This document shows positions 12,433 to 23,100 of a stretch of DNA of 40,412 bases, piece by piece; the first letter of the stretch is position 1; each line of letters opens with the position of its first letter. This DNA comes from Geosiphon pyriformis uo1. Lineage: Eukaryota > Fungi > Glomeromycota. The stretch covers positions 1-40,412 of the forward strand of contig JAAOMT010000742.1 in the NCBI GenBank assembly GCA_016748015.1, written 5' to 3'. Below the pieces are notes generated by a model. The model had not been told where the DNA came from and did no database searches. It saw only the letters and a list, made by a program, of their open reading frames with translations. A program made the position numbers and the translations under genes.

Positions 12433-14156
12433 CTAAGACTGGTGTTGACGGGAGGGGTCGAGAACGTAATCCAGATTGGTTGAATTGCCCGGTTTTAAAA
12501 TTTCATGAGGCTGAGGTTGCTTTTTACGTTTGTAATATAAGATGATCCCGGAGATTACGATGATACCAACCAAACTACCACAAACTCCTCCAACAATTTT
12601 TAAAACATTGGAATTTTCTATTTCAGGAGATAATGAATCCACCCACGTCATATCAGCAGTGTTGAATATCCTTATAAGTTGTTTATCATCTTGAGTAATT
12701 AGTAGTCGGGTACCATTTTTATATGTTGCGCCTATAAAATTTTTATTTAATCAAAATCTATTTCGGATAATAGAATTCAAATGTTAAAGTTATTTTTTCA
12801 TCTTACCGAAAGCCACAATCATATAATGCCTTATCAGTGTTGCGGTGTGGCCGAAGGGAATTAGAGTTTCCACTCCAACTTGATTCGGAAGGCTTATTGT
12901 TTCCCAACGCCACTCTTTTTCTTCCATATGCAAAACAACAAGTGCTTTTTCTATTTTTTCATTTTTTTGTTCATCTTCCCCACCATATATAATGATTTTT
13001 TTATCAACTAAAAATATATTTTAAATAAAGATTAGAAAGTCAATTGTTTGTGAAAAATACTTTGACGAGAANNNNNNNNNNNNNNNNNNNNAAATTCCTT
13101 GAATTAGAAGTAATCCTTAATAAAAAAGAATAACAAACTTTAACTTACTATATTTATATTAGCGAGTCCATTTTGATTTTTTCCCCCAATTATTATAATT
13201 TTATCCTCCACAAAAGTAGCAGTATGTTCAGATCGAGCAAATAGTTCATTACCATTAGAGCATTGCGTCATTTCACTTCCCTTTTTCCAGTCTTGAAACT
13301 CATTGTCAGAGAGGGTGTTTTTATAGATCAATCCATCAATTGGAGGAGACTCTTTTTGGGAAACTCCACCAAAAAGAAAAATTTCCTTAGATGATAACGA
13401 CTTTACTACAGTTAAACCAACACGAGCATTGGGAGCATTGGAAGCATTGGAACTTGGTGGACTTGGTTGAGCAGTGGAACTTTGTGAACTTGTTTGAGCA
13501 ATGGAACTTGGTAGAGCATTGGGATCATTGGGAGCACTGAAACTTGATTGACTTGATTGATTAATGGAATTTAGTGAAGAAGTGGAACTTGATGAACTTA
13601 ATTGAGCATTGGAACTTGGTGGACTTGATTGAGCAGTGGAATTTAGTGAAGGATTGGAAACTATAAGAGCACTTCTTTTGTCTAATTTTACAGAACTTGG
13701 ATTAAACTTGAAAATTTCGCCATTTACACTCTATTTTTTGAAAAAAATTAAAAATTGATTTAAAAGTAGAAGGATTCAAAATTAATATGTTTTAAAGACC
13801 TGTTGTTGCGTTAACCCTCCAAAAAAATAGATATCCTTTCCATCTGTAACCGTTGCTGCAGAAAAATAACCAATTTTAAGAGCGGTATTCTTTGACGCAT
13901 CCGAAATTGGGTAAAATTCAGGTGAAGTCGAATTCACCATTTTTGAAAAATCAAGACAGAGAACATCGGCTAAAGTATTTTTTTCATTAAATCCTCCAAA
14001 GAAACAGATTTTTTTGTCTATATCAGTCGCTGTATGTCCATATCTTGGCAGGTCTAATTGTTTATTTACTATGAAATTTGATGAAACCAAAAATGAACAT
14101 ATCAAAGTGTAATATATTATAAAAGATAAGAGTAAATTTATGAAAATTGAAAACAT
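12433..14156 (-). CDS. Kelch/galactose-oxidase-like beta-propeller, type I membrane protein; exons 14156-13800, 13730-13149, [missing exon in gap], 13007-12807, 12731-12433
   Basis: N-terminal hydrophobic signal peptide (MFSIFINLLLSFIIYYTLICSFLVSS). Kelch motifs PRYGHTAT..FFGG, IYFFGG, ARVGLT..IFLFGG, ARSEHTAT..IIIIGG, IIIYGG, PFGHTAT..IVAFG. C-terminal TM helix IVGGVCGSLVGIIVISGIILYY followed by KRKK. GT-AG introns of 69 and 75 nt keep the frame. Confidence 0.85.
13072..13091. other. Assembly gap (20 N)
   Basis: Run of N inside the kelch gene. Confidence 1.
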
Positions 14157-14616
14157 TTCCAATTATGTTTGAATTCAAAAATTATTACTTAAAAAATGCG
14201 ATAAAAATCTCCCAAAGTTTATTTAGCCGAACATTGGGCAAATTAATTATTCAGAGCAAGCTTTCGTTTTAAAATAAATTAATGATTGGTTACAATTCAA
14301 GTAGTAATTCTTTTGTGGCCTGTGTTACTCCTAAAATAGGAATGAAAATCTTTGTAAGTTCAAATGTTGCAATGTTTTGATGCGTCTCAAACTTCTTTTT
14401 ATAAAAATTGAACATTCTTTATTTTATACAATCAATATTCATTATTTTAGTTTTTTAAAAGATACTTAAAAAGGTAAATTATATTCAATGAAAAACAATA
14501 TTTACTGGTGGGAATTCAGAGAGCCGCAAGTTTTTCAATGCAGGATTAAACTGAGATTTCTTTGATCTAATAATGGCAAATCAGAATATGTTCCGATTTA
14601 AATTTTGCTAGTTTTA

Positions 14617-15010
14617 CAGAGGGCTGTTAAAAGTTTCCAAACACTCTTTTATCTAATATAATTTGTCAAAATACTAATAAGATTTAATTTGCAATTGGTA
14701 AAACTTTATATTTTGTAGTATATTTTTTTAAAATAGTATTTAAGTTATCAAAAATATTTTTCTGGTTTTCGAGGTTTTTGATTAAATTAAGATCTGTAGT
14801 TTGAACAGATGAATAAAAATATGTAATCCAATTTTTGATTAAGAACGAATATATTGTCTTCTTAAAATCAAACATTTTTTTTGAAAACATAAATTGTAAG
14901 AGAGATTTTAGCATACTTTAACACATGGACTTTTAATTACTAATTTTTAAAAATGTACAATGAATCTTTATTTATTTTGAAAGCAAATCCAATACATGTA
15001 ATTAAAATTA
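14617..15010 (-). mobile_element. Degraded Tc1/mariner DNA transposon relic (C-terminal DDE region and one putative TIR)
   Basis: Minus-strand remnants YWICF (~VWGCF), F*EDN (~FQEDNAP) and QTTDLNLIKNL (~QSPDLNPIENL) occur in the expected order. TA followed by CAGAGGGCTGTTAAAAGTTTCCAAACAC at 14615 resembles a Tc1 terminus. The second TIR was not found. Confidence 0.5.
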
Positions 15011-15384
15011 TGTTTTATATTTGTCAAAACATATGGAAATGTCTATTTATAAGCTGGCTTTTGTTATATTAATTGTTATAATATATTTAAAATTAAAAAA
15101 ATTAATTTATCACTTTCTAACATTTTTCCAATTTTTTTGTTTAATTTTATTATTTTATGGACCATGTAAGATGTATTTTACATATTTTTTATAAAATTAA
15201 AAACTTGTATTTTGTAACACAATTTTCTAAATTAATTACACAAAGTCCTTGATCTATGATTTAAAATTAAAATAAATAAATAAATAATTTAATATCAATA
15301 TAAAATATAATAAAATATATATAGCATTTTTAATAAAATTAAAAATAATTTTTTATATTTTCAGGTTTTTTTAATTTAATTTGC

Positions 15385-15440
<56 letters not shown>
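15385..15440. repeat. (AAT)~18 microsatellite
   Basis: Read directly from the sequence; abuts the LINE 3' fragment. Confidence 0.97.
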
Positions 15441-15442
<2 letters not shown>

Positions 15443-15448
15443 TAAAAA

Positions 15449-15598
15449 CGGTGTTTCTCGTGGAATGTGCGACGTCACTGTTAAGATAGCATAGTGTTGC
15501 CTTGACTGACCCGAGTGGCTGGTCACATGTAGCAAGCGCGTGAATCGCCGTATTGTACTAGGTAGCGATTGGGCCTCACTCGTAAAATTAATAAAAAA
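15449..15598 (+). mobile_element. Extremely 5'-truncated LINE 3' end (last ~14 codons of ORF2, 3' UTR motif, AATAAA/A-rich tail)
   Basis: VSRGMCDVTVKIA* resembles the ORF2 C-termini FFSGIDGIVSVLIDL* and FFLGIGKLVSVYVSV*. It is followed by TAGTGTTGCC..GAGTGGCTGGTCACATGTAG..GGGCCTCACTCGTAAAATTAATAAA, homologous to the 3' ends at 20050-20180 and 28250-28375. Confidence 0.85.
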
Positions 15599-16429
15599 TT
15601 ATAAAATTAAAAATTAAAAATTAAAAATTATAAAATTTATAAGTAATAATTAATTATATTAATGTAATATAAAGTTGTAATTATATATTATATTTGTTTA
15701 AGATTTTTAAATTGTTATAATATGTAAATTAAAACAGACTATATTTAATAAAAAGGACAATATAAGTTAAACATTTAATTTAAATTAAATATTAATTATT
15801 AAGTTAATAACTATTTAATTATTTTGTGTTTTTTTTTTAAATATAAAATAAAAATATTATATATAACAATTTATTTATTTACAAATTTTAAAACATTATT
15901 ATTATTTATTTGTATTAATTAAGTATAATTTTACTAAATTTTATATTGTTTTATTTCCAAGAAATTAATTTAAAAATTTGGTTTATGTATTTTTTACAAA
16001 TAATTAATTATCTGAATTTAATTTACTAAATATTTATTTATTTTTTTATGTTAAAAGCATCAAATATTTTAAATTTATTTATTTTATTAGCAAAAAAAAT
16101 AAAATTGAAAAATATAAAAAATAACTTGGCATAAATACAAATTTAGTAAACCAATTTAACAAAAACTTTAAAAACAATAAAAAATTTTGGATTTTTAAAA
16201 AAATAGCATTACAATTAAATTTACATAATCCAAAATACTGTATAAAATATTAGTTTTAATAATCATTTTATCAAAAGATTTTTTAAAATTAAAAATAATA
16301 ATTAATATTAAAAAATAAAAAAATAAAAACAAATTTAACCAAACAAAATTACAACAACAAAAACAAAATAAATAATAATTTTACAATTTTAAAAGTAATA
16401 AAAAAATAGCAAGTTTAACTTAAATTAAG

Positions 16430-19400
16430 TCTTTTTTTAGACATTAGAAACCAATTTTGTTATTAGACACAAATTTAATAAACACAAAAAAAGATCCAAA
16501 ACATGTCTATTGTAATGCTTCTACATTTTATCGAAAATACCAAACAATTTATTAGCTTTATCATTAGAAAAATTCTTAACCATCAACAAAAACTTATTAA
16601 GATTAATATGTTCTATAATATTTAAAAATGCTTTATTTTTGATATAATCAAAAGATGTGAATTGTTTTTGTCAATAAAGAAAAACAGTATCTTTAACAAC
16701 ATGTTTTTTGGTCCAGTTTTTTATAATTAAATCAATTCTACACTTGATTAAACTGGATTTCAAAATTAAATCATCATCATTAACTAAATAATCCAGTATA
16801 ATCTTTCTAAAAAGTTTTTTAGTATACTTCTTATTATCTGATTTTTATTAATGACAAAAGCTTTTATGTATTTAGGAATAGTAGTTCTAATACAAAAACC
16901 CTTAGCAGCTTTATATTCTAATATCTTATAAGATCTATAAACTTTTTTAAAACAAACCAATAATTATTTAATTAAGATCTTATTGTAATTATTATTAAAA
17001 AAATCTCTGAATTCAATTATTTGACCAAAATCTAATTCAATTTACTTATTAATTAAAGCCTAAATTATTTTTAAATTTCTTAATTTATATGTCTTTAAAA
17101 TTCTTAACATTAGTAATTTTAACTTATAGAATTTAGTAAATACAGCATATTTGATTACATTATTATTTTGATATTATGTTTTTAAGAGAGCAGCATTAAT
17201 AGCAGAATATATTATCTAATTAAACAATATTAACATTCTGTTAATGTTAATTTTTTCTTTACAGTTCTTAAAATTATTAGTTGTAGCTAAAACAATAGTT
17301 AACAACAGATTTCTAAATTTTTTTTAGATTTTTTTATTAATATCACAAATCTTAAATTTCCATTTATTTTTGATAATTTGCTTATATATTAAAATAAATT
17401 AAGAACTAAAAAGTTTTTTAAGCCAACATCTACCAATATAATCATATAATTAGTATCAAAAAACACATTTAAACAATAAACTTGCTAATTAAAAGATAAA
17501 TTTCAAAGATTATTACTAACTAAAATAAAGTTTATATACTTAATAATTTTTTTAAAATTAAAATATGTAGGTAATTTTTATAATAAAAATCACTAAAAGA
17601 GTTATATAAACTCATATCTAAAAATTTTTGAAACTTATACTGTAACCAGAATTATTTTTATTGATAAAAACTAATTAACTATTTCTAAAATTTTACATAT
17701 GTGTTTAACAATATTATTATTAATTATTATGATAACATCAAAACCCAAATAATTAAAGTTATTACTCAAGATAAAAATTTTAACTTTATCAAATTTGTTT
17801 ATTATCCAAAAACAAATCTTACTCCTTAATTTTATTTTCATAATAATAGATACAAAATTGTTTTTATTCTTGTGTCAATAAATAATATCTTTTTGTTTGA
17901 CAAGATTGTTTATTTTTTTCACATTGCTTGCAACAAATTTTCAAATTTAATTATTTATTAAGATAAAAATAATATTAAAAAACCTAAGTCAGTACACAAT
18001 TAATTTAATTTTATTAAAACCAAATTAATTAAATCTTAAGAGCCACTATTTTTGATTTCAAGCCACCTATCTTGGTAGTTAAAATCTTCAAGCTACTAAA
18101 ATTAAGATTCAAATTTCTGTTTTTTGTTGCTAAAGAAAAAAAAAGAAAAGACAATAGTAGATTATTTAAAACTATATCCAAATCTAACTTTGAAATCAAT
18201 AATATAGAAATAGTTTAAAAGAGATATTAATGAGTAGTTGTTAAAAGTATCAAATTTATATTGTTTAGCTTTTATACTATACTAGATATCTGATTAACCA
18301 AAAGCTCTAAAAAGCATTCCAAAAAAGCTAATTAATTACCAATTATAGACATATCTTAAAAACTAAAAACCATTTTGTCAAAAAATAAAGCACCAAAAAG
18401 AGAAAGCTCAAAGACAGAAATAAAATAAACATTAATAAAAACAGTCTTTAAAAACACTATTTGTATTTAAGACTTGTCATTAAATATAGCAGATCAAAAA
18501 ATAAACATATTTTTTTTACATAAAAGTAAACAAATTAAATATAATTTTAGTTTAAGATAAATTTCTTATAAATTTTTTTTGAATCAAAACAGAAAAACTT
18601 GAAGAGTTATATTCAAAAAAAAAATGTTTAAGACATCTACACTTTTTATAATAAACCAGATTTAATCTAGTTTAAGAAAGTTTTATATTACTAATTATTG
18701 GTTTTATGTAAAAAACAAACTTCAGATTTTGATCTAACTTAAAACCAATTACAATACATTAAATTCTATTGCTTATTTTAAATAATTAATTTATAATACA
18801 AGTTTTTTTACCAGCCTTTTTTAACAAAGTACTCAGATTATATGTAGTTGTTTTCACAAGAAGTATAAACAAAAAAGCCTTATACTAATTTTTAAACATC
18901 TATATATCTTAATCACTTATAGTTTTAGCTACTTATATCAAATTTTTTTTGATTAAAAACAACCATCTAACTATTAACCAATTTGTTTAATCTAATTTGG
19001 CAAATTCTATTACAGTTTTTTATTACAGTTCAATCAATTTTAATTTGATTAATACAATTTGACCAAATTCAAATACTGTAATAATAATTATTTTTTTTAA
19101 CATATTTATAAGAATTTTTTTAATTATTACAGCCTAATTTGAATGTATTCTTTGTTTTTTAAGATTATTATTTATAATAATTTCTTTTTTTTCAGCTAAT
19201 AATACAGTTTTTTTTATGTTTTTTTCTATATAAATATTGATCTTATGATTTTTTTAAATTTTGAAAGAGTAGTAGTCTTTTAAAATCATTATTTATTAAA
19301 AAAAATTTTTTAATTATCTGAGTTTTTATACTATTGCTAACTTGTCTTTTATAGCTAAAAGATTAATATTTAAAGCAAAAAATTTCTTAACAGTTACTTT

Positions 19401-19940
19401 AACTTGAGTTTTTACAATCTTAGAGTTAATTTATTTTTTGTTTAATAAAATATTAAGGGAAAATAAAAGAAAAAAATTTTTTTTTTATATCAAAAACAAA
19501 AAAACCAAGAGAAAAATTACAATTTAAATCAGCAATTATTTTTTTGGTCTTAAAAGTAATAATAGCTAAATCCAAAAAATTATTATTAATACCAGTTATA
19601 AAACTATTGTCTTTATTATTATTAGATTTATTATTTATATTTGAATACACATTATCATTAAAATTGTATCTGACCAAAAAATAATCTTTTTTATTATTAA
19701 AGTATTTAATATTACAAAGAATGATCTTTTTTTTTTGAAAAAAAAAGTCTTTAATAAGACTATAAAAAACTTTTTTAGATATCTTTTTCTTAGATATGCT
19801 ATTAGTTGAAACAGTTTTTAAGTTCATAATAAAAGAGTTATTAGCTTAAAAATATTAAAAAAAAAACAAAAAAAAACAAAAAACTTCTTTTTCAAAATTA
19901 TGCTTTTTGAAGAATTTAGAACATAGAAAAAAAAAAGTTT
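16430..19940 (-). mobile_element. Heavily mutated LINE relic: 5' UTR, ORF1, APE endonuclease and start of RT; 3' part missing
   Basis: Collinear with the 20037-26850 element. Shares a similar 5' UTR (19830-19940 vs 26700-26850), the ORF1 C-terminus KILTTKIGG (~18070), the ORF2 start ASNV..KQKDII (~17900) and ILDYLVNDDDLILKSSLIK (~16780). Homology ends near the WKKAW motif (~16435). Confidence 0.8.
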
Positions 19941-20177
19941 GAAATAATAAAAAATTATTAATTTTAATTTTATAAAAAATTAACAAAAAAAATTAGTATT
20001 AAATAAAATTTTGACTTTTTAATAATAATAATATATTTTTATTTTTATTTTTTATTAATTTTAACAAATAAAGTTCAAATACTGCCTAATAACAATACAT
20101 TAAAATAATGATTTATACTAGATATAAATCATGCTTTTTCTACATGTGACTAGTCACTCAAGCTAATCAGGACTACA

Positions 20178-23100
20178 CTATACACTCACGTACACAGAAA
20201 CCAATTTACCAATACCCAAGAAAAACTGACAGAGACTGTGCAGCCCAAAACTAATACTAAATACATTATACATACCAAGCAACCTAACCACTTTGGCTGA
20301 AAGCATTGACACGCCACTAGACACTGAAACAGAGATCAAACTATTGTAAAAAATTAGACCATGTTTCTCCATAAAAGCATGATGCTTGGAGCAGACCAGC
20401 CAAATATCATTTCTAAAAGACAGACATAAATCATAAACAAACTCAACTATCTTTTTAGATGCAATCTTAGAGTTATCAAAGCAAAAAGTAATCTTCTGGT
20501 ACCAAATCTTAAGCACAAAATCTTTGCATAGTAAAACAACCAGTCCCAAATCAGCTAAACAATTGGATAACATTTGTAATATATGAGAGAAAGCATAAGA
20601 TAAATCAGACATAACTCTCTAAGTAGAAGCAAAATCAACAAACAACTAAGATTGAACAGCCACATCAAATGCACAAAAAAAAACATGGTCTGACACCTCA
20701 ATATTGCCACAATATAGGCACATTACACTGAGATAATGTTTATTATAGAGGCATTTGCGAACAGCAATAGACAGTCTATAATGTAAAGCTTTCATAAAAT
20801 AGGAATGGAAGCCAGCAGAGTAACAACTCATAAAGCCAGCAGCCATATAGAAATCAGGATGCCAAACAAGAGACAATCTAAACCAATCAATATCTGTAAG
20901 CAGACAACTGTCCACAATTTTGGCACCAGAGCTTAATTCCCAGCATACACGATAAATAGACCAAAAAATATCATAAACAAAGTGTCTAGAGTTTTCAGAA
21001 ACAATACTGCCATTAGCCAAAACAAAATATTCCTTAAGCTGGAGAAGAAGAAGCTGGCCAGAATAAGAAGAAATGCCAGTAAGCAAGTCAGCTTGATTAT
21101 TATCCAAAATACTTAAGTGTTCTTTAACCTTATGCCAGCCAACATTCAAATTCCTTTCATGTATGATACCAGTAATGTGTTAACACTTAACCCAACATTT
21201 GTTTTGAAAATTCAGAACCAACAACAATAATTCAGATTTACACACATCCAAAGCAGCTTGGCTGTCAGAAAATAGATAGACTGAATTCAAACTAGGCACA
21301 CACTCAAAGGCCAATGTAATGGCTTGAAGCTCTGCCAATGTAGAAAACACCATGTCAGACACCTCTACTCCAAGACTTAAGTTAATGTTCTCAAAGAATG
21401 TAGCAACATTAGCTTTCATATCAATACTCTCCAAGCTACAAAGAAAACCATTCATATACACAGAAAAGCCAAAAGCACCAATGCCAAACAACTAATCATG
21501 TACTAATCTAAACTCATAAGATTTAAGAATGTTTTTTGCAGCAGCATTATCCAGAGAGAAAAAGCTGGCATCAAGAGAACCAGAATCATGGAAATGTTAA
21601 ACAGCAGAAACAAACCAAACAGGAACAAGACCATACAGATCAAGTTTTTTTCACTGCTTGAAAGTTTTTCAATCAAAAACAGCATTATTTCAACATTGAA
21701 GCTGCTCAACAAAAACAATTCTATAATGACAAAGGGAGAGAAAACATTTGAAATACATCAACTCGCCAAGGATTTTAGATAAAGAAGTTCTATCCTGAAA
21801 GCAAAAAACATTGCATATAAGATTATCCAAAAATAAACCAGAGTCAAAAAAGACTTAAACCACACCTGTCAAGAAGTTGTTCAAAGGATTAACACTAATG
21901 TGAACTGGAGAATGCAAAGAATGTACAGGACACCAACTCAAGACCTGCAAGTTGTGCAATTTGTGTGTAAACAATTAGCCCAAAATTCCAACAAAGTTAG
22001 CAAAACATACTACAGCAGCAACTTTGCCTTTGGCTTGGACCTGCTCAAAAACTTTTAAGCCATAAAATGAAAAGTAGTATAAAACATTGTTAGAAAAATC
22101 CAGAAGCAGACCCAATTTCAGTTTCAGGCCCTTTTAAATTAAAACATCCCATTTTTGGTACACACTAGTGGAAATGAAATTAAACTGAGTTCTATAACTA
22201 ATGATAGAATAAAGAACTGCTGATACCAAGTAAGAGAACTGTTTGTCCAAAATTGTTTTTCTCAGAACAAAATTGGCAAAAAACCAAACATCTGAATGTG
22301 CTTTGGTCAAGCTAGGCCTAGACAACCCATTGGAAGAAAAAAAAATACCCAGATATCAGTAAAACACCCCCTTTTTGGTGATGGAAATAGGAGCACTACT
22401 GACAGATAAAAAAGGATCTGCTGTCTTACAATTGATCAGAATTGCTATAGTCTTGTTGTTGTTGATCAAGATATTATTTATCCTGAAAAATTTACTAACA
22501 ACATTGAAAATGTGTTGTGTAGTTACCTGACTAGAACCAACTCATATAGTATTATTAACAAAAGCACTTGCAATAAAAAAAGAAGTCAAGCCATTCTGGG
22601 GATCTACATGACCAGTTTTGGCAACATAATGCTAATTCAGCTTGTAACCACATATTGTTTCTTGTCTTTTTATCTCGCACAGCAAAGTGTCATAAAAAAT
22701 ACACCAAAGAAGAGATAAAAACACTTCCTCTTGATTCAAGTCATCATAAACACTATAATCATCAGTCAATTCAAAATCAGTTATCACTCTGTTTATATGG
22801 CCATTGTAAATACTCCCAAAAAATCTTATGAATTTACTGCACATTTTGATTCTGATTAAACTTTTTTTCAGATGTTCTCAACCAACTGAATCATACACTT
22901 TCCTCATGTTTTGTAAAACTAACCAAAGTTTGCAATTCTTCTCCAATGCATCCTCAACCACTGAACCAATAGCAAAAATAGGAGACTGTGTTGTTGTACC
23001 TTTAAGAACCAAGAAGTTGTCACCATAAAAAATGTCATATTTACTACATGCTATGAAGATTCTGTTAGAAAGGATCTTGAAAAGAATTTTATGAGCAGTC

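Noticed and set aside
19453-19827. 124-aa Asn/Lys/Ile/Phe-rich ORF
   Set aside because: It is the eroded ORF1 N-terminus of the LINE relic, not an independent gene.
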